Assembly: GCA_963804165.1 (NCBI GenBank)
Contig: CAWDPO010000034.1
Coordinates: 32,001 to 96,000, forward strand
Source: an uncultured delta proteobacterium
GTDB taxonomy: Bacteria > Desulfobacterota > Binatia > UBA9968
DNA length: 64,000 nt
Reading direction: 5' to 3'
In this document: piece after piece, positions 18,954 through 29,199 of the stretch
Layout of the letters: every line of letters begins with the position of its first letter
How positions within the stretch are numbered: the first letter of the stretch is position 1
Made by a program: the position numbers and the translations under genes
The notes under the pieces: generated by a model
What the model saw: the letters and a program-made list of their open reading frames with translations, nothing else
Told to the model about the DNA's origin: nothing
Database searches by the model: none

Positions 18954-19454
18954 CTACGGCGCGCTCAGCGTCGTTTCGAATTTGCGTTTTTGATTGGACA
19001 ACGTTGGGAAACCGGCGCCCTGATCTATTTTCAAGACTTTATAGTCGGTGTCTGCCGTGCCTTCGAGCGTGACGCGGTAATTGACTTGTTCGTCGCCATT
19101 CTGTGCCCTGAGGAAAATATAGATCGCTTTTTCGCCTGCCATCGGTTCGTACTCTGTCGCGATAACTCTGCTCGGAGAGCCTCGCGTACTCATGGACTCG
19201 ATGGTTTGCTTGAACTTGTCGAAGGGAACATGGCGTTTACCGCTTTCGGACAGGAGCTGGTAAGCTTTCTGAAGGTCCTTGTCGATCAAAGCGGCCCGGG
19301 AGAATTCGACGGCGCGCTTGCCGGCTATGGTCTCGTCATGTTTTACCGACTCGGTGCAACCGGATACGGATACCAATAGCACGCACAGCAGCGCGCAACG
19401 CGATAGAGGACAATTGGAGCTTTTGAGTACTCGCTCTAGTGCCCGTCGCATCAT
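18954..19454 (-). CDS. Hypothetical lipoprotein
   Basis: VSGC lipobox after hydrophobic stretch. Confidence 0.65.
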   Translation of the reverse strand: MMRRALERVLKSSNCPLSRCALLCVLLVSVSGCTESVKHDETIAGKRAVEFSRAALIDKDLQKAYQLLSESGKRHVPFDKFKQTIESMSTRGSPSRVIATEYEPMAGEKAIYIFLRAQNGDEQVNYRVTLEGTADTDYKVLKIDQGAGFPTLSNQKRKFETTLSAP

Positions 19455-19649
19455 GTCAAATGCCTCTTCAGCGCGCTCGGAGTAAGCGTCAAATTTGACC
19501 TAAAACTTCTTAACAAGATCATTACGTTTACACCAAGAACCGGATAATTCCTAGGTTTACCGAACAAGTCTGTACTTCACCGGACGTTGGTTTGCGCAGG
19601 CGGCACAGGCAAATTGATGCATTCGAGGGCAATTGTCCCATTAAGGTAA

Positions 19650-19665
19650 CGGCATATCACTTGCT
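19650..19665 (+). promoter_or_regulatory. Putative sigma54 promoter
   Basis: CGGCATATCACTTGCT, GG-N10-GC. Confidence 0.6.
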
Positions 19666-19691
19666 ATTTAAACCACCGCGAGAATCGAAAG

Positions 19692-20573
19692 GTGGTCGTC
19701 GTGAATAAAGCCAAATTGTTGGTTCCCCTGTGCGCTTTTATATTGTCTGGATGCGCACTCTTCGAAACCTCCGAAAGAGATCCGCAGAACATCCCGGTCG
19801 CTGCGCCTGTCGAGGAAAGTGAACGCCCGCCCGTTGCAGTGGTTGCGGATGCACCAGAACAAGAATTGCCCCGGAGGCCGCCGCGAGTCTTCACCCGCGA
19901 CGAAGTGCGCCAAATTCAGCTACGCTTGAAAACCGCTGGCTTCGATCCTGGCCCGGTGGACGGCGTCACCGGCGCCAGAACAAAAACGGCGGTCAACCGT
20001 TATCATGCGGGATGCGCCAAAGTGAAGCTGATGCTTAACGATTTCGAAGATACCGGCTCGCTAGGGACGGGCGAAAACGCTATGAGCAAAAAAACTCTCA
20101 CTCGCCAAGAGATCCGAGCGATTCAACTTCAACTGCGCGACGCCGGCTTCGACTCGGGTCCGGCGGACGGTATTTTTGGCGCCAGAACTAAAACAATGCT
20201 TGCCCACCTTAAGGCCAACTGCTCGACAGTGAATGAGTTTGCAGCCGCATTAAACGAATCAGCACACGGTGCAGATATCAAGAGCGTCGCGGCCCGAGTC
20301 TTGGTGCCGGGCGATCGAACAACCAAATCCGGCCCCACCGCCACGTCGGTTTCGAGCATCGCGACTCAGGGCACGGCGACCGTAACGCCCGTGCGGGTCT
20401 CAGAAGAGACCAGAGTCCTTCAGCTTAGGTTGCGCGACGCGGGATTTGACCCCGGCGCCTTCGATGGCGTGATGGGACCGAAGACGAAATCAGCGTTGCA
20501 ACAATACGAGGCGAGCCAACGCGGCAAAAAAATCAAAACTGGTTTAAGGACGGAGATTAACGGCCAGTACTGA
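19692..20573 (+). CDS. Lipoprotein with three peptidoglycan-binding (PG_binding_1-like) domains
   Basis: Three QLxLxxAGFDxGxxDGxxGxxTK repeats; LSGC lipobox. Confidence 0.85.
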   Translation: MVVVNKAKLLVPLCAFILSGCALFETSERDPQNIPVAAPVEESERPPVAVVADAPEQELPRRPPRVFTRDEVRQIQLRLKTAGFDPGPVDGVTGARTKTAVNRYHAGCAKVKLMLNDFEDTGSLGTGENAMSKKTLTRQEIRAIQLQLRDAGFDSGPADGIFGARTKTMLAHLKANCSTVNEFAAALNESAHGADIKSVAARVLVPGDRTTKSGPTATSVSSIATQGTATVTPVRVSEETRVLQLRLRDAGFDPGAFDGVMGPKTKSALQQYEASQRGKKIKTGLRTEINGQY

Positions 20574-20650
20574 ATCGAAACATGCAGAAATAAAAAGAGG
20601 ATTCAGAATACATCTGAATCCTCTTTTTTTTGTTTTGGGCGACCTCGCGG

Positions 20651-20995
20651 TTAATATTCGGTTTGCCGCGAACGCTGGATTTGTTGGTTGTTGCGGTTGA
20701 TGGTGGTCTGATTCTGCTGAATCTGCTGTTGATTAGCCTGATACTGCTGCTGTTCCTGACCTTGCATGTAATCACCGACAAGTGCGCCCGCCCCGAGTCC
20801 GAGGGCCCCACCGATTGCCGCGCCAGCTCCCGGGTGACCCATCGTTGCGCCGATGATACCGCCGGCGGCAGCGCCGCCTACAGCGCCGATCCCAGCGCCC
20901 TTTTCCCGCGTGGTCATCGGCCCGCCGGAACAGCCGGCGAAAACCGCAGCCGCGAGAACGAGCGCCACCAGCTGCAATGAAATTCCGTTCGTCAT
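20651..20995 (-). CDS. Glycine-zipper lipoprotein
   Basis: FAGC lipobox, TTREKGAGIGAVGGAAAGGIIG, Gln-rich tail, AAGGAGG SD. Confidence 0.88.
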   Translation of the reverse strand: MTNGISLQLVALVLAAAVFAGCSGGPMTTREKGAGIGAVGGAAAGGIIGATMGHPGAGAAIGGALGLGAGALVGDYMQGQEQQQYQANQQQIQQNQTTINRNNQQIQRSRQTEY

Positions 20996-21052
20996 TTTCT
21001 GCCTCCTTTAGATTTCTTTGAAATCTACTGTTTTAGTGAGGCGAGTACATGC

Positions 21053-21067
21053 GCAATGGCCGTGCCA
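21053..21067 (-). promoter_or_regulatory. sigma54 promoter
   Basis: TGGCACGGCCATTGC, exact TGGCAC-N5-TTGC consensus, ~60 nt upstream of start. Confidence 0.8.
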
Positions 21068-21189
21068 AATAAAACGACATCGGCAAATGACTGATTGTGC
21101 CACAATCTACATTTAAGTGGTAAAAACCAAATGCACAGTTTCTGATGTCCGAGCGAAAATTCGGCGACTATTATGTCTCTAGCTTAGTA

Positions 21190-22680
21190 AGCTAGTTCTC
21201 ACTGAAAAAGTAGAGTTTGAGAGTTTCGATAATTGGCTGAAGTATAGAGGTTTTGTTTCAAATGGGTTTAAGTCGATCTTCGGTGTAGTCGCATATCAAG
21301 TCTTTGCCACAGATTGTAGGAAAAGATTGCCCAACCGGTCCAAATGGCGGTGGCCGGCGAGCCTTTGGCCAGCACTTTACCCAAACCGAATTGGCGTTTA
21401 AGCATGCTGATGGAGGCTTCGATCCCGCAGCGAAACCGTTGCAGTTGCTCTAAACCACTGGGTGCGTTGATGTTGGCGTTTCGCTGCGGCGTCAAGCGAC
21501 CGATTTTCGGGATGCCGATCGGCACACCATACGGCCGTCGAAGCTTAGCCAAATTATCTGCGCTGTAGAATCCTCGATCCGCGGCAATTGCCTGGGGCGA
21601 TTGATGAGAATCTTTTTGGTTTGTGCGGACCAAAGAAAGCAGATGAATCTTATCGCTGGGATTGCCGTGATGGACTTCGTCATGAACGATCACCCCAGAG
21701 TCATCCTGCACCAACTCCAGCGTACGACCAAATTCGACAGGCTTATCGAGTTTTCCCTTCACGATGGCCCGGGCATGAGGATCAAAGAACGAAACGATGC
21801 GCTCGGGAATCGAGCGTTGCCCGGCGAGTTTGCTTTTGGTCTGTTCAAGCAGTTCTTTGGCCACCCCGATTTGCGCCAAAAACTTCTCTTTGAGTTGGGT
21901 GGGCGCCGTCCTCAACAGTTGCTCCATAGCTTGGCGGCTTTGTGCCAGGGTGTCGGTGGCCAGTTGGGCTACTTTCTTGAGCATTTTTTTGCCTTGGATT
22001 TTACGTTGTTTAGGTTTGGCTTTGGCGCTCTGGCCCCAACGGGCCAGGGCTCTCTTAGTGGCCCTCACGTGGCGGGTGATCTTTTGGCCCAAAGAGTTGG
22101 CTGTATGGGTCAGCGTTCTCACTGCTTGATGCAAGCATCCCGATGTCATTGGGATAGCTGATGTGGGCTTCAAAGTTGTCGAATCGATGCGAATCCGGCG
22201 CGGCTTAATCGAGCGGGTCTTGACCAGCGATTTGATAAGCTGGCTGGTTAAGCTCGGCCATCCGGGCTTCGCCAAATCGCTGGTTGAGTTTAATCAACGT
22301 GGTAGCATCGGGCACCGAGTCCATCAGCGAAAGATGGCAGAAGTAGCGCCACGGCAGTCTTTCCCGAACTTCAATCTCGACTTCTTCGTAACTCAAGCCC
22401 CCAGCGAAACTTCAGATACATCATCCGAAGATAGATCCCGACCGGTGTGCCGGGGCGCCCTTGGCTCTCGTCGTAGACCTCTTCAAAGGACTTCAGCAAT
22501 GCCGCACTCGACAAAAGCTCGTCAACTTCCTTAAGCTCTTCGTCCAGCTCGTACAGCGAAGCATCGATAAATCCGTCACCAAAACTCATCTGTTGAGAGA
22601 TCAGTTTGCGCATGCTCTCTTGTACAACAATCCTATAATCAGACCCAAGAAAATTGTGACTTTTTCAGTGAGAACTAGCT
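21190..22680 (-). mobile_element. IS5-like (DUF772 + DDE) insertion sequence
   Basis: Perfect 22-bp inverted repeat AGCTAGTTCTCACTGAAAAAGT at 21190-21211 and 22659-22680, likely including a palindromic target (AGCT or CTAG). Confidence 0.88.
21268..22613 (-). pseudogene. Transposase with several frameshifts
   Basis: Fragments GRPGTP..LRMMYLK, PDATTLIK, RIDST, KPVEFG, ADRGF, RCGIEASISMLKR in different frames. Confidence 0.85.
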
Positions 22681-22999
22681 AGTCGACTTTGGCCATGTTT
22701 TCTACGTCCGTGACCGACGGACCGTTCAAGCGAAACGCGCGGTGCACGCGCCATTCAAGCACCTCCATCGCGCGGATGCCTCGCGCGTGATGGGGATCCT
22801 GAGCGGCGATGGATTTGGCTTCATCCAAGTCCGCGGCCAACATGACGTAAACGCCGTAGCGGCCATCCGTCGTAGGTCCGGAAAAAAGCAAGCGGCCGGC
22901 GCGATGTTGATCGTCGAGCCATTGGCGGTGCTCTTCATAATTACGCTGCTTCTCTTCATCTTTTTCCGGTAACGAACGCGACATGACGATATACCACAT
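22679..22999 (-). CDS. YciI family protein
   Basis: EHRQWL, LLFSGP, AQDP. Confidence 0.85.
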   Translation of the reverse strand: MWYIVMSRSLPEKDEEKQRNYEEHRQWLDDQHRAGRLLFSGPTTDGRYGVYVMLAADLDEAKSIAAQDPHHARGIRAMEVLEWRVHRAFRLNGPSVTDVENMAKVD

Positions 23000-23177
23000 G
23001 AAGTTATCTCCTTTGTCTTGAGCGATCGGCGATGCTTCGGTTATATCGTAACGACAGAAAAATTAAATTGCCACTTGCTTTGCCTGCGCGGCAGGAGTTA
23101 CAAGCGAGAGCAAGTGAAGCGTAACTTCGGAACCAATTTACAATTAGGACCGGCAGGAAAGATATTGCGCTGTAAAT

Positions 23178-24425
23178 ATGCTCGGCCGTGAAGAGAACGA
23201 ACTTTTGACCCGCGTCGGCCCGCGCACGGCGATGGGCGAGCTTATGCGGCGCTATTGGATTCCTGCGCTGTTGTCGGAAGAAATAGCTGAGCCGGACTGT
23301 GCGCCGGTGCGGGTAAAACTCCTCGGTGAAGATTTGGTCGCGTTCCGCGATTCGAACGGCAAGATCGGTTTGCTCGGCGAGCACTGCGCCCATCGCGGCA
23401 CGTCGCTTTTCTTCGGACGCAACGAAGAATGCGGCTTGCGCTGTATTTATCATGGTTGGAAATACGACGCCGACGGGCGCGTTGTCGAGACACCGGCGGA
23501 ACCGTCGGACAGTGATTTCAGAAGCAAACTTCGCCACGTCGCTTATCCGTGCCAGGAAGCGGCGGGCATGATCTTCACTTATATGGGACCGACGAATCGT
23601 ACGCCGCTTTTGCCGCGTTACGAGTGGCTTGAACTGAGCGATGCTCACGTCTGTCCGGTAAAATCATTGCTGGAATGCAATTACCTCCAGGGTATCGAAG
23701 GCGATTTCGATTCTTCCCATACGTCGTTTCTGCACAACAATAACATTCTGGATTCGGCGCGCTTGAAGCGCGACGGCGCGCCGCTGCTGGATGCGGAGGA
23801 GACGGCTTACGGTATGCGCGCGATCTCGATTCGGAAAGTCGGCGCGGATCAGATCTATGTTCGAACCAGTCCTTACATCATGCCGTCGTTCAGCATTGTG
23901 CCAGGGCCGCCGACGTCGAAGTTCGAGGAAGACGACATCCGCGGTTTCAGATTTTGGGTGCCGATCGACGACAACACAACATGGTTATACATCCTGAACA
24001 TGCGCAAGAAGGCGTTCACAGCGGAGGAACGAAAAAGCTTGCGCAGTTGGATCGGCGCCGACTATCGAAGAGTTCGCAATGCGGCAAACAATTATCTGCG
24101 GAACCCCGAGCTGCAAAGAACGACGACTTATACCGGTATCGAGGCGGTCAACCCGGCGGAGCAGGACGGTTGCGCAACGGAGAGCATGGGCGTGATTTGC
24201 GATCGCAGTAAAGAGCATCTCGGTTACAGCGACAAGACAATCATCGCGCTACGTAAGATGCTTTTGGCTGCGGTAAACGATTTGCAACAGGGGAAGGAAC
24301 CGCGGCACATCGTGCGCGATCCGGCGATAAATGATTTTTCCCGTTTGCGCTCGATCAAAGGCGTCTTACCGGCGGGAGCGGACTGGCGGAAGGTCATGGA
24401 AGGGTTGGGGCCGAATGATGGATAA
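23178..24425 (+). CDS. Rieske non-heme iron oxygenase (phthalate 4,5-dioxygenase-like alpha subunit)
   Basis: CAHR...CIYHGW Rieske motif; EGDFDSSHTSFLH iron motif. Confidence 0.9.
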   Translation: MLGREENELLTRVGPRTAMGELMRRYWIPALLSEEIAEPDCAPVRVKLLGEDLVAFRDSNGKIGLLGEHCAHRGTSLFFGRNEECGLRCIYHGWKYDADGRVVETPAEPSDSDFRSKLRHVAYPCQEAAGMIFTYMGPTNRTPLLPRYEWLELSDAHVCPVKSLLECNYLQGIEGDFDSSHTSFLHNNNILDSARLKRDGAPLLDAEETAYGMRAISIRKVGADQIYVRTSPYIMPSFSIVPGPPTSKFEEDDIRGFRFWVPIDDNTTWLYILNMRKKAFTAEERKSLRSWIGADYRRVRNAANNYLRNPELQRTTTYTGIEAVNPAEQDGCATESMGVICDRSKEHLGYSDKTIIALRKMLLAAVNDLQQGKEPRHIVRDPAINDFSRLRSIKGVLPAGADWRKVMEGLGPNDG

Positions 24426-24436
24426 TCGGAACGGGA

Positions 24437-24475
24437 GTTCAAGCCGTTCAAAACGTTCAAGTAGTTCAAATCGTT
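24437..24475. repeat. 9-bp periodic tandem repeat GTTCAANNN x4
   Basis: gttcaagcc gttcaaaac gttcaagta gttcaaatc gtt. Confidence 0.85.
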
Positions 24476-25573
24476 GTGCGGAAATTGCCCATTAATGGGA
24501 AGAAGTTCGTTGATATTGTGAAACAAGGAAAGACGGAGCTTCGTAGTGCATTCATCATTGTGGCCTTTGTGGCGCAGTTCAGTAGCAGCGCGCCTTCGGT
24601 GACCGCCCAGCCGCTGCAGAAAACGGTGGCGATGATCGGGGCGCGAAGTGGTGCATCGTGGCCGCTGTGGATCGCCAAGGACGCGCGTCTGTACGCCAAG
24701 TACGGTCTCGACGTCGAGCTGGTTTACGCGGTTCATCCGGCGCCGATCGCGGCTGTTATTACCGGCCAGGCGGCGATGACTTCATCCGGCAGCGATCCGG
24801 CTTTGCTCGCTGCCGCCAAAGATCCTTCTCTCGTCGTACTCGGCGGTTTCATGAACAAAGGCTCCTTCGCCATGATTGGTTCGAAAACCGCCACGGATAT
24901 GAAACAATTGGCGGGCAAAAAGATTGGCATCGGCCGGGTCGGCGATCCACCCTATCATATGGCGGTCAGTTTGCTGCGAAAGCACGGCTACACGGCTCGC
25001 GATGTACAGTGGGTATCCGTCGGCGTCGACGCGGCGACACGTGCTGCGGCGCTGCAAAGCGGACAGATTGACGCGGCATTGATCACCGCGCCGGCCTATT
25101 TTCGTCTCCAGGCCGTGGGATTGCCGGTGTTGGCCGCGTTGATGGATTACGACGACATCTACGTCTCGACGTATTATCTGTTCCGACGCGACGCCCTGAC
25201 CAAAGAGCGCCCGACCGCGATCGGGTTTATCAAAGCTCACACCGAGGCGATCAAAAGATTCTACAACGACCGAGCTTTCGCGACCGAGACCATGATCAAA
25301 TACGGCGGTACTCGTAACACTGACGATGCCAATCGAGTATACGAACTCTTTCGCAAGGCGCGCGTGCTGGAGCCGATCCCGTATGCGCTCAAAGGCTCTG
25401 TGGACGCCGTTGTCGAGCGGCAGGGCCAGGAACTCAAAGGGGGCGATTTCAGTAAAATGATCGACAACAGTTTGGTCGACCAGCTGGTCAAAGAAAAATA
25501 TTTCGAAACTGTTTTCGGACCGTCGATACGCGACGAGCAGCTGCGCAAACAGGCTCAGGCATTCGGCAAGTAA
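24476..25573 (+). CDS. ABC substrate-binding protein, NMT1/SsuA-like (start uncertain)
   Basis: PLWIAKD, YGLDVEL, LAGKKIG, AALQSGQIDAA. Confidence 0.85.
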   Translation: MRKLPINGKKFVDIVKQGKTELRSAFIIVAFVAQFSSSAPSVTAQPLQKTVAMIGARSGASWPLWIAKDARLYAKYGLDVELVYAVHPAPIAAVITGQAAMTSSGSDPALLAAAKDPSLVVLGGFMNKGSFAMIGSKTATDMKQLAGKKIGIGRVGDPPYHMAVSLLRKHGYTARDVQWVSVGVDAATRAAALQSGQIDAALITAPAYFRLQAVGLPVLAALMDYDDIYVSTYYLFRRDALTKERPTAIGFIKAHTEAIKRFYNDRAFATETMIKYGGTRNTDDANRVYELFRKARVLEPIPYALKGSVDAVVERQGQELKGGDFSKMIDNSLVDQLVKEKYFETVFGPSIRDEQLRKQAQAFGK

Positions 25574-25632
25574 TCGTAAATTGCCGGCGGCCGAAACAGC
25601 GGCGGCTCGGCGAATCTCGCTGATTCTACCCT

Positions 25633-26623
25633 TTACTTTTTCTGCAGCGACATGAAGAATCCCTGCTTATCCAGCTCGCGCAGGATATCTTCATTGACGA
25701 ACTCCTGGGCCTTTTTTCCTCTCGCGTCGGCGCGATTGTTCGCCAGGTCATCGACAGCGACTTGGACGCCGGACAGCTCGGTATAGGGCGGAAACGAAAT
25801 CCGCGGCGCGTAACTCCGATAAGCGCTTTCGAGCAGAGCTTTGTCCTGGGTGCGCATCCACTTCGACAGACTCTTTTGTCCGAGCACGGGATCGTTTTTG
25901 AAACTATAGATCGCCTCGCCGATCCCCTGGAGAAACCCACGCACAACCCCGCGTTTGATGTTTTGCAAGGTCTTGGACGTCATCAAGCTCACCGTCGCAA
26001 ATGAATCCTCCAGATCGCCAAGGTCGAGCAAGACCGGCATGCCCGCCCGCTTTCGCCCGGTCAACGAAAGCACCGGTGAGCACCGTCGCGTCGATCAGGC
26101 CGTTTTGCAGCGCGGTGAAGCGATCGCGGCTACCGCCGGCGCGCACAAGCGTGACGCTTTTCTCATCGATGCCCCAATGCTTGAGCGCTGTGGCGACGAC
26201 AATCTGATTCAATCCGACCACGGACAGCACGCCAATCTTTTTACCGCGCAATTCTTGCGGCGAGCGGATACCGGATTTGGCGACGACGCTGTAAGTGTGT
26301 TTGTTGAAATAAGTGCCGATAATGATGATGTCGGCGCCGGAAAGATCGGCAGCGATATGCGGCTGCGGCGCGACGACGTCGAACTGTGTTTCGCCGCCGG
26401 TCAGCGCGTTGGCCGATTCCGCACCGCCCCGGAAAAGAATCGGTTCTAAATTCAGACCGTATTTCTTGAACAAACCGAGATCGACGCCGAGCCAGAGAGG
26501 CACTTGATAACCGGAAATACCGCTATACTCGGCGCGCACGCGTTCCTGTGCATGAACCGGCGTGGCGCTGTAGAACACGGCGATTGCCAACAAGGTCGCC
26601 AATCTGAATCTCAAGGTTAGCAA
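25633..26623 (-). CDS. ABC substrate-binding protein, NMT1/SsuA-like, frameshift near 26050
   Basis: N-part ORF 25904..26623 and C-part ORF 25633..26073 join at AKA-G-MPVLLDL. Confidence 0.85.
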
Positions 26624-26683
26624 TTGAATATCTTCGATCGCGAATCCGAGGTTTACTGCCGCTTCCTGCCCAATACCGCGAGC

Positions 26684-27523
26684 TTATTCAGCCAGCGGCC
26701 AGCGCAGCCAGTGCGCGAGAGCTCGGCCCATGATCCACTCTTTGTCTTGAGCGGAAAGAAAGCCCAACTCATCGGTAAACAATGTCACGGCTTGACGGTA
26801 GCTGCAGGGCATCTGCGACAGGTCGGTGCCCCAGAAAATTCTTTGCGGACCGAACGCGTCCACGACGCGACGGATCTGCGGATGCAGTGTTGGAAACGGA
26901 TAAGGCTCGGCAACGTAGCAGGGCAGGCAAGAAGCTTTGACTCCGACATTTTTCATGCGTGCGAATTTGAGCAAGACATCGATGCCGGGGGCCAAGTCTT
27001 TGCCCCTCCACTGTACGTTCAGTCCCATGTGGTCGACGATCACGCGCAGGCCGGGATGGTGCTCGGCAATCGCCCCGATCTTTGCCACCGCGAATGGCGC
27101 GAAGATCATGACCGGAATATCGTAGCGCTCGCAGTCGGCCCAAAACCAATCCGCCGTGCCGTCGTCGAGAAACGAGTGCGTGCCGCTGTGGCGAAAGCTG
27201 ATGCGGAAGCCGAGCATGCCCGGCTGTTCCAGCCATGTTGGGAGTTTGCTTTTGCTCGCCGGATCGTTGAGCGGGACTTTGCCCATGACCGCAAAACGAT
27301 CCGGATATTTTCGCGCGGCTTCGAGCGCGTAATCGTTGCGATAGCCTTCCCATGAAGGCGGCACAAGGATGACGCGATCGATGCCGGCGGCAGACATCTC
27401 GCGCAGTAAAGAATCGTAAGTCAGCGGAATCGGCCGGTGGGGCTTGGAAGCGTCTTCTTTGATGTACGGCCGCTCGGCTGTCTCCGCCCGCCAGATGTGC
27501 ACCTGTGCGTCAATGATGGTCAT
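26684..27523 (-). CDS. Amidohydrolase_2 family (lactonase-like)
   Basis: IIDAQVHIW, IVDHMG, FWGTD. Confidence 0.9.
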   Translation of the reverse strand: MTIIDAQVHIWRAETAERPYIKEDASKPHRPIPLTYDSLLREMSAAGIDRVILVPPSWEGYRNDYALEAARKYPDRFAVMGKVPLNDPASKSKLPTWLEQPGMLGFRISFRHSGTHSFLDDGTADWFWADCERYDIPVMIFAPFAVAKIGAIAEHHPGLRVIVDHMGLNVQWRGKDLAPGIDVLLKFARMKNVGVKASCLPCYVAEPYPFPTLHPQIRRVVDAFGPQRIFWGTDLSQMPCSYRQAVTLFTDELGFLSAQDKEWIMGRALAHWLRWPLAE

Positions 27524-27572
27524 GGGAAGGCATCAGGCAATAGTCCGAGATTTCGAAGAAATTATCTGCTTG

Positions 27573-28577
27573 TTATTTGCCGCTGTTCACTTGTCGCACA
27601 AAACGGTCGTCGAAGAACTGCGATGGCTTGGCGGTTTTGGCTTCCGGAATCGATTCAGAGAGAAAGTCCAAAATACCTTGAAGCCCCGGTTCGGAGGTGA
27701 CGAACTCGCGACGGAAGCCGGCTTTCTTATAAAATTCGTAACTGCGCTCGAGAACTTCCTGATCGTTTTCTTTAGTGTATTTGCCGATCACTTTCATGGC
27801 GAATGGTTTGTCGCCGTAATAACGCTCGATGCCCGATCTCACGGCGCGCAGCAGCGGGACGAGGCGAGATCCGAGTTCATCCATTCGACCTCGTCGGACG
27901 ACGAGGCCGACGTTCTGATAGGGCACATCGAGCAGACTCACAAGTGAGTGAAAGCCAGAGCGTTCGAGTTGAAAGCTCGCAGGCGGCGAACCTACACCGC
28001 CGGCGATTTGGCCCGCATAGAACGCGGCGACGATTTGCGGGCTGCTACCGAGCGGGCGGAGCTGGACATCCTTTGGAGTAAGCCCCATTTTCTTCAATGC
28101 GACGAGTGTTCCGTAAGCGACGGGCGTCGCGGGACGATCGGTGCCAATGATCTTGCCTTTGAGCTGTTCAATGTTCTTGATTTCGGGACGGGCGTAAAAA
28201 TCCCAGATCATTGTGTTTAATAAACCGGCGATGAAGACAACATCAATGCCGCGCAGCGATGCCGTAAGCACCGGCGCCGCGGAAACCTGGACAACGTCGA
28301 TCTCGTTGGCAATCAATGCGGGGATCGCGCTGCTCGAGGACATGGAAAGAACCTCGGTATCCAAACCTTCTTTGACAAACGCGCCCATGTCTTTCGCCAT
28401 CCAGACCGACGCCATCGTGGCGGAAGTACTCAGATAGGCGACGCGCAGGGGCCGCGCCGAGCGCGCGGCAGTTTGCGCGTGATTTGCGCATGGGGCGCTT
28501 AGGAAAGCTAGCGTAACGACCAAGCTTGCAAGAAACCAAGCGGCGCCGGGGAAGTTGTCGGACGCGTTAGGCCGCAT
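27573..28577 (-). CDS. ABC substrate-binding protein, NMT1/SsuA-like
   Basis: WMAKD, EQLKGKIIG, C-terminal FFDDRFV. Confidence 0.88.
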   Translation of the reverse strand: MRPNASDNFPGAAWFLASLVVTLAFLSAPCANHAQTAARSARPLRVAYLSTSATMASVWMAKDMGAFVKEGLDTEVLSMSSSSAIPALIANEIDVVQVSAAPVLTASLRGIDVVFIAGLLNTMIWDFYARPEIKNIEQLKGKIIGTDRPATPVAYGTLVALKKMGLTPKDVQLRPLGSSPQIVAAFYAGQIAGGVGSPPASFQLERSGFHSLVSLLDVPYQNVGLVVRRGRMDELGSRLVPLLRAVRSGIERYYGDKPFAMKVIGKYTKENDQEVLERSYEFYKKAGFRREFVTSEPGLQGILDFLSESIPEAKTAKPSQFFDDRFVRQVNSGK

Positions 28578-28811
28578 TGGAGCACCTCGCGATAAAGAAA
28601 AAGCCGGAATTGCTCATTTCGATTGTCGGTAAAATAGGGCAGGTCGTTCGGTAGCGTCAAGGCAAAACCCAGGACCGACCGCGAGCAGGTCGGTTTCTTG
28701 GGTTGAACGCTTGGGGGTAGCTACCGCACAATAATGTGCGTATACTCGGAAGCATCCCGTCAGAATATCGCAGAAAAGCGCTTCCGCCGCTGGGTTTTCC
28801 CGGGTGCCGAA

Positions 28812-28827
28812 GGGCACGCAACTTGCT
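28812..28827 (+). promoter_or_regulatory. Putative sigma54 promoter
   Basis: GGGCACGCAACTTGCT, GG-N10-GC. Confidence 0.6.
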
Positions 28828-28951
28828 CAATCACCTTGATGGAAACGATAATGTCGATCCAGGGTAGTGAATAAACGATTGTAAACGAACCCGCGTTTCA
28901 TACGTCTATGCATCATGACTGCCGCAGCAAGTGAAACTTAGGAGGCGGCTT

Positions 28952-29113
28952 ATGAAGGGTCTACCATTTACAATACTAGCTTTGGTTTTCGCGTTCTTTT
29001 CGTTGATCTCACTGCTCATGGTGCCAAAGGATTCGGACAACAGAATAGCGGTCTCATCGGACAGCTCCGACAGAGTCTCGGAGGCCGGCCTCCGTTTCAC
29101 GTTTCGGCGGTAA
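28952..29113 (+). CDS. Small single-TM protein (53 aa)
   Basis: AGGAGG SD at 28940-28945; hydrophobic N-terminus. Confidence 0.55.
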   Translation: MKGLPFTILALVFAFFSLISLLMVPKDSDNRIAVSSDSSDRVSEAGLRFTFRR

Positions 29114-29199
29114 CCCTAACTGCTCGCTTCGACGCCGCGCTATCGTTTGGTCCTATTCTTCAGCCGCCGCGCCAACCCAACGTTGTTCTTACTATCTTT

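Noticed and set aside
28650-28720. Hairpin AACCCAGGACCGACC/GGTCGGTTTCTTGGGTT as a riboswitch such as c-di-GMP-I
   Set aside because: Only a GGCAAA-like start matches; second stem and tetraloop-receptor not recognisable. Needs an Rfam scan.
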